NCBI GenBank assembly: GCA_963805085.1
Contig: CAWDTA010000005.1
Location: forward strand, 96,001-160,000
Reading direction: 5' to 3'
Origin: an uncultured Veillonellaceae bacterium
Lineage (GTDB): Bacteria > Bacillota > Negativicutes > JARBTT01
DNA length: 64,000 bases
Part shown: piece by piece, positions 18,771 to 28,761 of the stretch
How the letters are laid out: each line of letters begins with the position of its first letter
Numbering within the stretch: position 1 is the first letter of the stretch
Made by a program: the position numbers and the translations under genes
Notes under the pieces: generated by a model
The model's input: only the letters and a program-made list of their open reading frames with translations
Database searches by the model: none
Told to the model about the DNA's origin: nothing

Positions 18771-20126
18771 ATGAGTACTGTAGAAAAAAGATTGACGATC
18801 AAAGAAAAATTTTCTTATGGTTTAGGTGATTTTGGTAATGGTTTTATGTTTGATATGGGACAAATTTACTTACTTAAGTTTTACACAGATGTTTTTGGCA
18901 TACCGGCAGCGGTTGCTGGTAGTATTTTTCTGATTACGAAAATCTTCGATGCTTTTATGGACCCGATTGCTGGTGCCGTGATTGATGGTAGAAAAACTGA
19001 TGCTGAAAAAGGCAAATTTAGAAGGATCATGTTTTTGAGCAGTATTGTCCTTGGTCTTTTATCGGTATTCGTATTTTTATCACCGCATATGTCAACAACT
19101 GCAAAAATTATTTTTGCGTATCTTACCTATATGGCGTGGGGGGTTGGATATTCTTTTACCAATGTTCCTTATGGTGCACTGGGCGCTGCAATGACGCAAA
19201 ATCCAGTCGACCGGGCATCACTAGCATCATGGCGTCAAGCAGGATCTTTAGGGGCGTTACTTATTACTAGCGTTATTGTTATTCCTATTGTGAAACAATT
19301 TGACGATCCACAAGTTGCTTGGCCAACAGTAGTAGCTTTAACCTCCGTGATTGGGATTACGGCATTTTATTTCACTTATAAAAATTGTAAAGAGGTTGTT
19401 GTCGCAAAAAAAATAAGCTCGGAAAAACAATTTTCAGTCAAGGCTATGGCACGTTCTGTCTTTACCAACAAACCACTTTTGGCATTGATTTTCATGACGA
19501 TATTTACGATTTCTGCCTACAATATTAAGTCGGCAATGCTTATTTATTATTGTCAATATAATCTTGGTGATATCAGTCTTATGCCATATATTAGTTTTAT
19601 TACAATAGGGTGCTCTTGTCTTGGTATTACAGTTATTCCACGGTTAACGAAAAAATTTGGCAAAAAAAATACAGCGTTGATTGGTTTTGCTATTAGTACT
19701 ATTGCTGATTTAATCAACTTCGTAATTCCTGGCGATTTAATTACGTTTACGATTTTAGCGAGTATCGCTTTTGTTGGTATTAGTATTCCAAACGGTGTTA
19801 CTTGGGCATTTGTATCGGATGCAATTGATTATGGCGAATGGAAGACCGGCGAAAGAAGAGAAGGCATCACGTACTCATTTTTTAATTTTTCCCGTAAAAT
19901 TGCGCAGTCTTTATCCGGTTTTGCTTCTGGAATCGGCCTTTCGTTGGTTGGTTATGTTCCGAATGTACAGCAGTCAGCCCAGTCCTTGTTGGGTATCAAA
20001 GGATTATTATTACTTTATCCAGTGATCACAATTTTTTGTGCAGGATTGGTTGTTAAATTTCTTTATGGTTTGAGTGATGATAGACATGGTCAAATTGTAG
20101 AAGAAATAAATATGCGAAGTATATAA
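18771..20126 (+). CDS. Glycoside-pentoside-hexuronide (GPH):cation symporter
   Basis: EKFSYGLGD, FYTDVFG, KIFDAFMDP, NVPYGAL, DAIDYGEWKTGERREG motifs. Confidence 0.92.
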   Translation: MSTVEKRLTIKEKFSYGLGDFGNGFMFDMGQIYLLKFYTDVFGIPAAVAGSIFLITKIFDAFMDPIAGAVIDGRKTDAEKGKFRRIMFLSSIVLGLLSVFVFLSPHMSTTAKIIFAYLTYMAWGVGYSFTNVPYGALGAAMTQNPVDRASLASWRQAGSLGALLITSVIVIPIVKQFDDPQVAWPTVVALTSVIGITAFYFTYKNCKEVVVAKKISSEKQFSVKAMARSVFTNKPLLALIFMTIFTISAYNIKSAMLIYYCQYNLGDISLMPYISFITIGCSCLGITVIPRLTKKFGKKNTALIGFAISTIADLINFVIPGDLITFTILASIAFVGISIPNGVTWAFVSDAIDYGEWKTGERREGITYSFFNFSRKIAQSLSGFASGIGLSLVGYVPNVQQSAQSLLGIKGLLLLYPVITIFCAGLVVKFLYGLSDDRHGQIVEEINMRSI

Positions 20127-20426
20127 GTTATTATTTATACAACGAACAGTTATGTCTACTTAGTTAAATTATTTAATTAAGTAGACATGGTTCGATCTAT
20201 TACGACTATAAAATACACCTTTTAAAAATACTTAGTTATTTTCAAAAGGTGTATTTTTGTTATGCAAAAGACATTAATTTGCTAATAAATAAAGTCCAAA
20301 ACGGATATCATAAATGTTGTTTTCAATTTTTCTCACGAGAAGAACAAAAATAAATTGCTTTATATTCATTTTAATGAAGCAAGTATGATATAATAAATTC
20401 TTACCAAATTGAATGAGGTGATAATT

Positions 20427-20990
20427 TTGAAAGAAAAATATCTGACTTTGTTGCGTTCCACTAAGCGTGAAGGTATGGAAAATTTAATAAATTATTTAGA
20501 AAATAAAAGTGATTTTTTTACAGCACCAGCGAGTACAAAATATCATGGGGCGTATGAGGGCGGATTATTAGAGCATAGTATGGATGCCTACGAGCATATG
20601 ACGAAATTAGCGCAAATTTATCAATTAAGTGATATGAATGAAAGTAGTATTATTATTACAGCATTACTCCATGATATATGCAAAGTGAATTTCTATAAAA
20701 TTGATTATCGTAATAAGAAAAATGAAAAAGGTGTATGGGAGAAAATTAGTTATTATAAGATCGATGATACAGTTCCGTTGGGACATGGCGAAAAATCGGT
20801 GATCATGTTACAGCAGTATATCTCTTTAACCATCGATGAAATCATGGCAATTCGTTGGCATATGGGCAGTTTTTCAGGTAATGATTATACAACGACGCAG
20901 TCGCTATCAAAAGCGATGGAGCAATACAAAATTGTGACGTTACTTCATATGGCTGATTTGGCGGCAGGGTATTTGGATAATCGGAGGTAA
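20427..20990 (+). CDS. HD-domain hydrolase
   Basis: FFTAPAST.YHG...GGLLEHS, LLHDICK, LGHGEKS, AIRWHMG, LHMAD; GAGGTG RBS before TTG 20427. Confidence 0.85.
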   Translation: MKEKYLTLLRSTKREGMENLINYLENKSDFFTAPASTKYHGAYEGGLLEHSMDAYEHMTKLAQIYQLSDMNESSIIITALLHDICKVNFYKIDYRNKKNEKGVWEKISYYKIDDTVPLGHGEKSVIMLQQYISLTIDEIMAIRWHMGSFSGNDYTTTQSLSKAMEQYKIVTLLHMADLAAGYLDNRR

Positions 20991-21131
20991 GCGTATACGC
21001 TTTAGCTAAGATCGTCTGGGGAGTTTTGTTAAACTTCTAGAACTTTTAAATAAATTTGTGAAAGTTTTATTATTTTATATTTACAAGTTTGTTTTTTTAT
21101 GTTAACATATATAAGCAATTGATTATTGCAT

Positions 21132-21205
21132 GCGGGTGTAGCTCAATGGTAGAGCCCTAGCCTTCCAAGCTAGCCACGTGAGTTCGATTCTCATCACCCG
21201 CTCCA
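21132..21205 (+). tRNA. tRNA-Gly (TCC)
   Basis: GCGGGTG acceptor stem, anticodon arm ctagc-cttccaa-gctag, GTTCGATT T-loop, 3' CCA. Confidence 0.97.
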
Positions 21206-21214
21206 AAATGTATT

Positions 21215-21303
21215 GCCGGGGTGGCGGAACTGGCAGACGCACGGGACTTAAAATCCCGCGGATAGTAATATCCGTACCGGTTCGATTCCGGTCCTCGGCA
21301 CCA
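21215..21303 (+). tRNA. tRNA-Leu (TAA)
   Basis: GCCGGGG acceptor stem, anticodon arm cggga-cttaaaa-tcccg, long variable arm, GTTCGATT, 3' CCA. Confidence 0.97.
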
Positions 21304-21420
21304 TTTTAAAAATAAGAAATATTTTTGAAGTGGTGTATTTTTTTATCTAATTAAATATATATGATATACGCAGTTATGAAGGAAAGTCTGATGCATAGAA
21401 TTATCAATTAGTTCGAAGAG

Positions 21421-21476
21421 AGCATCATCATAACAGGACATCGGTAAGTGATGTCCTGTTATGATGATGCTTTTTC
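21421..21476 (+). terminator. 22-bp perfect-stem terminator after tRNAs
   Basis: agcatcatcataacaggacatc-ggtaagt-gatgtcctgttatgatgatgct followed by T-run. Confidence 0.75.
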
Positions 21477-21627
21477 TTTGCGATCTTTAAGTTTGTCAAA
21501 AGGTGTTTTTTACCATAAAATACTAAATTAGTGAATGAAGTAGCGAAATATTTTCAATGATTTTAGTTACAGTCTGATTTATTTCTCATACTATAGTATG
21601 AGGAATAAATTAGACTGGAGAAATGTT

Positions 21628-23124
21628 ATGGATTTTTCAGATAGTAAAAATACGGATTCGTTGGCTGGTGATTTAGCAGAAGATCAAGAAGAGAATGATA
21701 GACATTATTATCACCATTGCTCAGGTCCAGTAATTGAAGGGCCTCAAGGACGTCAAGGAGCAACGGGAGCAACGGGAGCTACGGGAGCAACGGGAGCTAC
21801 GGGAGCAACGGGAGCAACGGGAGCTACGGGAGCAACGGGAGCTACGGGAGCAACGGGAGCTACGGGAGCAACGGGAGCTACGGGAGCAACGGGAGCAACG
21901 GGAGCAACGGGAGCAACGGGAGCAACGGGAGCAACGGGAGCAACGGGAGCTACGGGAGCAACGGGAGCAACGGGAGCAACGGGCACAACCGTTTTATCAG
22001 GAGCTGGTACACCAACATGTGCTATAGGTCAAACTGGTGATTTCTATGTTGATGTAACTACGGGGCAATTATATTTTAAAGAAGTGCAACCTGTTGCGCC
22101 CCTTGTTAGAGATATTCCATCTCCGACAGGTAGTACATTGCTAGTAGGGTCTACCCGTACGTATACAACAATTCAGGCTGCTCTTGCTGCTGCAAGTAAT
22201 GGTGATAGATTGTTACTTGATGCTGAAACTTTCATTATTACAGCAACGATTACTGTTAATAAATCAGTAACGATTGAAGGCCAAGGCATGGCATCGACTA
22301 CAGTAATAACGACAACTACATCGGTAATTAGTATGTTTAATATAACAGTACCAGATGTTGTTATGTCAAACATGAAAATAGTCCAAAACTATCCTTCGAC
22401 ACTATCGACAGAAACTGTAATTGCAGTTAATAATTTAACGGCTACGGGGATTTATATAGATAACTGCGAGATTTCAGTATGTGAATTTGGCATATACATG
22501 ATTGCTGCAGAGTTCCAAATCACGAATTGCAGTTTCACCTATGCACCGCTCGCTGCACTGGGTAATGGGTATAGATATATTAATATAGCATCCACCTCAG
22601 GTGTTAGTATTATTGATAACAATACCTTTATATCTGCTTCGGGAAACACACAATGCAGATTTGTTAGTATCACAAATATTAGTGGTGCTTCAGGTACGCT
22701 TCAAGGCAAGTTGTTGATCAGCAACAATACACAACAACCATCTCCTTTTACCCTAAGGCACTTATTGGTTATTGAGGAGTTTATTGGTTCGGATTTTGAA
22801 TTGTTTATTAATAATAACACGACAATTAGTGAGGGAAATGTACCTATATTACTATTTAATGCTATTTTAAGTATATTTAAATTCATCGAAGTAATTGGCA
22901 ACAGCGTTCAAAATACTGCAGGAAAGGGACTTATCGGAATTGATGGAGGTTCTACTGGTACTACAGATATTTTTAGCGCGAATAACACACTTGCCAACGA
23001 GTTCTTTATCGCAGGATGGGCGAGTGCGACGGTTCCAGTAAGCTTTATTGTAGGATATAGCGAGACCATTACACCAGCACCGGTTTTACCGTTAGCGAGC
23101 TGTTACTGGCTGCCTTTGGTTTAA
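21628..23124 (+). CDS. Collagen-like protein with C-terminal beta-helix-like domain (probable spore-surface protein)
   Basis: GPQGRQ(GAT)25; [24 protein letters not shown] and Asn/Ile ladders typical of right-handed beta-helices; no signal peptide. Confidence 0.8.
   Translation: MDFSDSKNTDSLAGDLAEDQEENDRHYYHHCSGPVIEGPQGRQGATGATGATGATGATGATGATGATGATGATGATGATGATGATGATGATGATGATGATGATGATGATGATGATGATGTTVLSGAGTPTCAIGQTGDFYVDVTTGQLYFKEVQPVAPLVRDIPSPTGSTLLVGSTRTYTTIQAALAAASNGDRLLLDAETFIITATITVNKSVTIEGQGMASTTVITTTTSVISMFNITVPDVVMSNMKIVQNYPSTLSTETVIAVNNLTATGIYIDNCEISVCEFGIYMIAAEFQITNCSFTYAPLAALGNGYRYINIASTSGVSIIDNNTFISASGNTQCRFVSITNISGASGTLQGKLLISNNTQQPSPFTLRHLLVIEEFIGSDFELFINNNTTISEGNVPILLFNAILSIFKFIEVIGNSVQNTAGKGLIGIDGGSTGTTDIFSANNTLANEFFIAGWASATVPVSFIVGYSETITPAPVLPLASCYWLPLV
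21757..21981 (+). repeat. 25 x 9-bp tandem repeat (ggagcaacg/ggagctacg) coding Gly-Ala-Thr
   Basis: Directly visible; 225 nt = 25 units. Confidence 0.95.
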
Positions 23125-23384
23125 TGTTTTGTGGATAAATGGATAAAATCAAATTAATCCACAAAATAAGAGTAACTAGCAACGTATCAACAAAATTGTG
23201 TGCAAATCTGCTTAGGTTTGTTGATAAATCAGCAGTATGAGAAAAAATAATAGCAACCGTTAGAATTTGAAGCTGACCTCATGGATTAGATTAATTGGGG
23301 TGCAGCTAATCTTTCTAACGGTTTTTTGTCGTTAAATTTAAGCTATGAAAAGATAAAGTAAATTTATTATCAATTAAGTTTATT

Positions 23385-23441
23385 TATTGTACTAATACAT
23401 TGTAATAATATTATAGTATTGTACTAATACATTAATACAAT
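23385..23441 (+). promoter_or_regulatory. YtrA-type GntR operator boxes overlapping promoter
   Basis: tattgtactaatacatt repeated at 23385 and 23417; second copy extends to palindrome attgtacta-atacat-taatacaat; directly upstream of YtrA-like gene. Confidence 0.75.
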
Positions 23442-23506
23442 GTTATACTGATTACAGATAATTCTACATAGTATAACAATTTACGACCTTAAGATATCTA
23501 AAGGAA

Positions 23507-23890
23507 GTGATTTTACTGATTGAGATAGATGCAAAGAGTGGGGTTCCAGTATATATTCAGTTAAAAGAAGGACTAAAGTTATTAATTTTAAAAGGAATCT
23601 ACTTACAAGGTGCTAAATTGCCGACAGTTCGACAAATGGCTGTTGAACTTAGAATTAATAGTAATACAGTAGCAAGGTCTTATTCTGAATTGGAAAGGGA
23701 GGGCATAATTTCTACACAGCAGGGCCGTGGAACTTTTGTTTGTATGATTCCTACCGGGCTAGAGAATGACGAGAAAGAAAAAGAGCTAGATAAATTGTTA
23801 GAGAAGTTTATTACAGACACATTGTCTTTGGGATTTAATGAAGAATATATTTTAGAAAAATTAACAAATAAAATAAAGGAAAAAGTATAG
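23507..23890 (+). CDS. GntR family regulator, YtrA subfamily
   Basis: PVYIQL, KLPTVRQMAVELRINSNTVARSYSELEREG..TQQGRGTFV, short C-terminal helices. Confidence 0.92.
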   Translation: MILLIEIDAKSGVPVYIQLKEGLKLLILKGIYLQGAKLPTVRQMAVELRINSNTVARSYSELEREGIISTQQGRGTFVCMIPTGLENDEKEKELDKLLEKFITDTLSLGFNEEYILEKLTNKIKEKV

Positions 23891-23903
23891 GGGTGATCAA
23901 TAG

Positions 23904-24830
23904 ATGGATAATTATCGAAATAATCAAAATATAAAAATTGCAACCCAAAAGCCAAGTACACCTAAAACTTTCTTGCCGCTCGTCGTCTTTGTTGCTGTTT
24001 TTGCTATTTTTGTTCGGTATGGATATTTGTATGACGATTTTTTTATTTGCATCGGTGGTTTGTTGGTAGCAATCATATTGTCACAGTCGATAAAAGTTGC
24101 ACAACAATGGGAGAAGGCAGTGATATTAAGGTTAGGAAAATTCCATCGTTTAGCAGGGCCGGGGCTGTTTTTCACGATACCGTTAATAGATACGGTTCCC
24201 TATTGGATTGACCAAAGAATTCATGCTAGTGCTTTTAATGCTGAACAGACATTAACAAAAGATAATGTTCCCGTAGATGTTGATGCAATTTTGTTCTGGG
24301 TTGTATGGGATGCTGAAAAAGCAGCTTTGGAAGTGGCTGATTATCTTGAAGCCGTTTCGTGGGCCTCTCAGACAGCGCTTAGGGATGTCATTGGTAAAAC
24401 GCTGTTGTCGGACATGTTGGCTGGTAGGGAAAATATTGATATACATTTACAGAAAATTATTGATCAAAGGACAGAAGCTTGGGGTGTTGCTGTACAATCT
24501 GTTGAGATACGAGATGTTATCATTCCCGAAGCGCTACAGGATGCGATGTCGCGCGAAGCGCAAGCGGAACGTGAACGCCGAGCAAGAATTATCCTCGCTT
24601 CAGCCGAAAGTGAAATCGCTGAAAACTTTGTAAATGCAGCTAAAATCTATGAGAAAAATGAGATTGCTGTTAAGTTGAAATCGATGAGCTTACTTTATGA
24701 AAGTGTAAAAGAGAAAGGTGGAATCGTCATCGTTCCCAACGATATGTCGGATTACACCAATTTAGGAACAACAATGGGACTACATAATAAGTTAAACCAT
24801 ATGAATGGAAACGGCGATAAGTCGGAATAA
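23904..24830 (+). CDS. SPFH/stomatin (slipin) family membrane protein
   Basis: QWEKAVILRLGKF, GPGLFF, TLTKDNVPVDVDA, AQTALRDVIG-like motif, AMSREAQAERERRA. Confidence 0.92.
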   Translation: MDNYRNNQNIKIATQKPSTPKTFLPLVVFVAVFAIFVRYGYLYDDFFICIGGLLVAIILSQSIKVAQQWEKAVILRLGKFHRLAGPGLFFTIPLIDTVPYWIDQRIHASAFNAEQTLTKDNVPVDVDAILFWVVWDAEKAALEVADYLEAVSWASQTALRDVIGKTLLSDMLAGRENIDIHLQKIIDQRTEAWGVAVQSVEIRDVIIPEALQDAMSREAQAERERRARIILASAESEIAENFVNAAKIYEKNEIAVKLKSMSLLYESVKEKGGIVIVPNDMSDYTNLGTTMGLHNKLNHMNGNGDKSE

Positions 24831-24845
24831 AGGACAAGGAGAGTA

Positions 24846-27152
24846 GTGAATATGAAAAATAATATTTCGCGCAGAACTTTTTTAAAGTTATCCGGAGCGA
24901 CTGCTGTAACTGTAGCCATGGCCAGTGATTTGGAAAAAAATGTTTTATTTGCAGCTGATGAATTGAAAAAAGAAGATGTAAAAAAGGTACGAACTTTCTG
25001 TGAAATGTGTACGACACGTTGTTCAATGGAAGTTAGAGTAAGAGATAAAAAAGTTGATTTTGTCGCTGGTAATCCAGATTGGGCTGCCACTGGTGGTACA
25101 ATTTGTGCGCGTGGTGGATCTGCTTTATCGCAGGTCTACGATCAACAACGTGTTCAAAAGCCTTTGATTCGTCAAGGGGAACGTGGTGAAAATAAATGGA
25201 AAGAAGTTTCGTGGGATGAGGCTTATGATTACATTGCGAAAAGAATGACAGCAATAAAAGAAAGCTATGGTCCGGAAGCAATGGCTTTTGTTTGTCGTGG
25301 TGGCATGCATAAAAAATACATGGACACTTTTGCTAATGCCTATGGTTCGCCAAATACATTTACGCATGAATCGACTTGTCCATTTGCTAGAACGGTAGCA
25401 AGAGATATCGTATTTGGCACGAATGGAATGGATATCGATTATGGCAATGTGAAGTATTTAATTACACTAGGACGCAATTATTTTGAAGGAATCCATGTTC
25501 CACAGGCAAGAAGTGTGATGAATGCACTAAGAAAAGGTGCAAAAATGGTTTCAGTTGATCCAAGATTTTCAGTGACTTCGGCAAAAGCAGATGAATGGTA
25601 TCCGATCAAACCAGGAACTGATCTTGCATTTGTGCTTGCTTTAACTCATGTTATCATGAGAGACAATCTATATGATAAAGAATTTGTTGATACCTTTACC
25701 ATTGGTTTTGATGAAATTAAAGCTTCTGTTATTTCAACAACTCCTAAATGGGCAGAAAAAGAAACTGGTATTGCAGCAAAGGATATTGAGCGTATCGCCA
25801 AAGAATTTGCAGCAATGAAACCAAAAGCTGTAGTTGACTGGGGCTGGCGTACCGCGACTTCTCCAGAAGAGATTGAGTTAAGAAGAGCAGTGATTCATGT
25901 AAATTTACTGATCGGTAATTGTGAAGTTCCAGGTGGTATATTTTTTACGAAAAATGCTGCTATGCTAAATCAGTTGATTGGTAGCAATGTTGCTCCAAGT
26001 ATTCAATCACCTAAAATTCCTAAATTTCCGAAAATGAAACAAAGAGTGGATGGTGCTGGCGTAAAAGGTGATCCGCATTATTTTATACCAAAAAGTGACG
26101 GTGTTGCACATTACATTCCGGAAGCTATTTTAACAGAAAAACCATATCCGATAAAAGGCTGGTTTGTATATCGAAATAATCCAATGCTGAGTCAGTCAAA
26201 TACAAACCGAGTTAGAGAAGCCTTAATGAAATTGGATTTGGTAGTTGTTTGCGATTTATACCTAACGGATACAGGGAATCTTGCGGATGTTATTTTACCA
26301 GAAAGTACATTCTTAGAACGTGAGGAAGGATTTAATGATGCAACTGGTGGTACGCCTAAATATACATTGCGCCAAAAAGTAGTCGATCCGATTTATGATA
26401 CAAAACCAAATTGGCAAATTTTTAAAGAGCTTGGCGAAAAAATGGGCTTAGGTTCCTATTTCCCTTGGAAAGATATGGATGAAATGCGACTGTTACAAAT
26501 GGGTGGACGTAAAGAGCTAGTTGAGCAAGCGAAGGAAAAAGGTTTTGTTGAGTTTAAGATGCCGCCACTTTATTTACGCGATCCTAAGTCTGTAGCAGTT
26601 TTTGTGGAAAAATTCCCAACGGCAGCGACGCAAGTAAATGAAAAAGGGATTATTCCAGGCCCAATGCTGAATTTAAAAACTCCAAGTAAAAAAATGGAAA
26701 TGGTTTCTGTGGAAGTAGAGGAATTATTCCCAGGTCGTGAAGTACCAAAATATCGTGCTGTAAAATTGAAAGAGGAAGATCAATTATATTTCATCCAAGG
26801 AAAGGTCGCAGTGCATACCAACGCGCATACACATAATGTACCGTGGTTACATGAATTGATGCCGGAAAATAGACTATGGATCAATCCTAATACAGCAGAA
26901 AAACGGGGCCTAAATCATGGTGATACAGTAGAAATTACTTCAGCATTTGGTAAACAACCAGCGACTCTTTTAATCAGTAAAGGAATTAGAGAGGATAGTG
27001 TATTTACCTACTTTGGGTTTGGTAGAAATGCACCAGAAATGAAACGGGCAAATAAAAAAGGAACAAATTCTAATATTCTCTTACCTACAGAGTTTTCACC
27101 AGTTTGTGCAATGTCACTACATACGGTAGGAATTGATGTTAAAAAGATATAG
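24846..27152 (+). CDS. Polysulfide/thiosulfate reductase catalytic molybdopterin subunit (PsrA/PhsA-like)
   Basis: Tat signal SRRTFLK; CEMC...C...CARG 4Fe-4S motif; HESTC Mo-ligand region; ADVILPESTFLER; C-terminal bis-MGD domain. Confidence 0.88.
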   Translation: MNMKNNISRRTFLKLSGATAVTVAMASDLEKNVLFAADELKKEDVKKVRTFCEMCTTRCSMEVRVRDKKVDFVAGNPDWAATGGTICARGGSALSQVYDQQRVQKPLIRQGERGENKWKEVSWDEAYDYIAKRMTAIKESYGPEAMAFVCRGGMHKKYMDTFANAYGSPNTFTHESTCPFARTVARDIVFGTNGMDIDYGNVKYLITLGRNYFEGIHVPQARSVMNALRKGAKMVSVDPRFSVTSAKADEWYPIKPGTDLAFVLALTHVIMRDNLYDKEFVDTFTIGFDEIKASVISTTPKWAEKETGIAAKDIERIAKEFAAMKPKAVVDWGWRTATSPEEIELRRAVIHVNLLIGNCEVPGGIFFTKNAAMLNQLIGSNVAPSIQSPKIPKFPKMKQRVDGAGVKGDPHYFIPKSDGVAHYIPEAILTEKPYPIKGWFVYRNNPMLSQSNTNRVREALMKLDLVVVCDLYLTDTGNLADVILPESTFLEREEGFNDATGGTPKYTLRQKVVDPIYDTKPNWQIFKELGEKMGLGSYFPWKDMDEMRLLQMGGRKELVEQAKEKGFVEFKMPPLYLRDPKSVAVFVEKFPTAATQVNEKGIIPGPMLNLKTPSKKMEMVSVEVEELFPGREVPKYRAVKLKEEDQLYFIQGKVAVHTNAHTHNVPWLHELMPENRLWINPNTAEKRGLNHGDTVEITSAFGKQPATLLISKGIREDSVFTYFGFGRNAPEMKRANKKGTNSNILLPTEFSPVCAMSLHTVGIDVKKI

Positions 27153-27179
27153 TTGATGTGATAAGGAAGGTGAATAACA

Positions 27180-27752
27180 ATGGGAAATAAACGTTATGGA
27201 TTGCTTTATGACAGTAATGCCTGTATCGGTTGCCAAGCATGTTCGATTGCTTGTCGCGCTGAAAACAAAGTGCATGATGATGTACATAGATTACAAGTAA
27301 GAATTGAGGGACCAAAAGGAGAATTTCCTAATCTTCGCATGGATTTTCATCGGCAATCCTGTGTTATGTGTGACAATGCACCATGTGTGCCGGTTTGTCC
27401 TACTGGTGCTTCTTATACAAATGATGAAGGCATCAACATGGTCGATGAAAAAAAATGTGTAGGTTGTGGATATTGTATTACAGCTTGTCCATATCAAGCA
27501 CGGTATTTAGATCCGAAAACAGGCACTGCTGATAAATGCACCTTCTGCTATGAAAATAGAGTAAAATCTGGTGAAAAGCCTGCATGTGTTTCGACATGTC
27601 CGACAAATGCATTGATCTTTGGCGATTTAAATGATCCAAATAGTGAAATATGTCAAGCAATCAAGAAGCAAGCTACAGTAAAATATAAAGAATCATTACA
27701 TACCAATCCTAAACTCATCGTGATTCCGAATCGGCATGGGGGTGAAAAATAA
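27180..27752 (+). CDS. 4Fe-4S electron-transfer subunit (PsrB/NrfC-like)
   Basis: CIGCQACSIAC, CVMCDNAPCVPVCP, CVGCGYCITACP, KCTFC..PACVSTCP. Confidence 0.92.
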   Translation: MGNKRYGLLYDSNACIGCQACSIACRAENKVHDDVHRLQVRIEGPKGEFPNLRMDFHRQSCVMCDNAPCVPVCPTGASYTNDEGINMVDEKKCVGCGYCITACPYQARYLDPKTGTADKCTFCYENRVKSGEKPACVSTCPTNALIFGDLNDPNSEICQAIKKQATVKYKESLHTNPKLIVIPNRHGGEK

Positions 27753-28729
27753 TGGATCAAATTTGGGGAAATACGACGCAATACACGGAAATTGTGTGGG
27801 GATGGCAAATCGCAGTTTATTTATTCTTAGCTGGGCTTAGTGCTGGGGCTTTAATTTCGGCAATTTTAGTGAAATGGCGCTCCAATTTATCAGCAGGCTA
27901 TGATGGTATTATGAAAGCTGGTGCGGTGATTGCACTACCAGCGATAAGCTTGGGACTAGCGTTACTTGTTTTTGATTTGGGCAAGCCTGTTTCATTCTGG
28001 CTATTGATGTTCCATTTTAATTTAAAATCCGTAATGTCAATTGGTGTTATTTTATTAAGCGTTTATTCTGGATTCATGACAGTTTTTGCAGCAGTCATAT
28101 TCAAAAAAGAATTTGCAGAAAACAGTTTGACTGCTTGGGCATTTAGACCATTTCTTTTTATCATCGAGTGGTTTGAAGGATTAGGAAAATGGTTTGACTG
28201 GGTTATGGTTGTCCTTGCAATTGGCATTGCAGCTTATACTGGGTTCTTATTATCCGCGTTAGTTGCGAAACCATTATTAAATGTACCTGTGCTGCCATTG
28301 TTATTTTTGATATCGGGAATATCTTCCGGGATAGCTGGCTCTATCGCAGTAAGTATACTTTTCTTTAAACAATCCGTAAAGGAAAGTAATTTAAAATACT
28401 TACTTTCTTTAGATACAAAACTAATTCCTACGGAACTGTTCATTTTATTTGTTATGTTTACTGGACTATTTAATATGGGCGGGCAATATGCAATTGTTGG
28501 ACAGCAAGCGCTTACGATTGGTATTTGGGCAAAAGTATTTTGGGCGGGTATTGTTGGGATAGGTCTACTAGGACCATTACTTGTTATTACACTATCGCTT
28601 CATCAGTATGAGGAAAGTGATCATGCACCTATTCCGGTAGGCGCATTATTAGTCAATTCAGGTTTGGTACTTACAGGTGTCATTTTACTTAGATTCTATA
28701 TGTTGTATGCGGGACAAACTTTTATTTGA
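27752..28729 (+). CDS. NrfD/PsrC-family membrane anchor subunit
   Basis: WGWQIAVYLFLAGLSAG, DLGKP, SVMSIG, YTGFLLS, LRFYMLYAGQ. Confidence 0.9.
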   Translation: MDQIWGNTTQYTEIVWGWQIAVYLFLAGLSAGALISAILVKWRSNLSAGYDGIMKAGAVIALPAISLGLALLVFDLGKPVSFWLLMFHFNLKSVMSIGVILLSVYSGFMTVFAAVIFKKEFAENSLTAWAFRPFLFIIEWFEGLGKWFDWVMVVLAIGIAAYTGFLLSALVAKPLLNVPVLPLLFLISGISSGIAGSIAVSILFFKQSVKESNLKYLLSLDTKLIPTELFILFVMFTGLFNMGGQYAIVGQQALTIGIWAKVFWAGIVGIGLLGPLLVITLSLHQYEESDHAPIPVGALLVNSGLVLTGVILLRFYMLYAGQTFI

Positions 28730-28761
28730 AATTTTTGAGTTAGAGTAGAAAATAATTAAGT

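Noticed and set aside
20427-20990. HD protein as prophage or defence marker
   Set aside because: No phage or defence genes nearby; stand-alone gene
21757-21981. Tandem repeat as possible CRISPR array
   Set aside because: Contiguous 9-mers without spacers, in frame in a CDS; no cas genes
21734-22027. Alternative-frame ORFs (REQ/REL repeats; antisense APV repeats)
   Set aside because: By-products of the 9-bp collagen repeat; no RBS or independent domain
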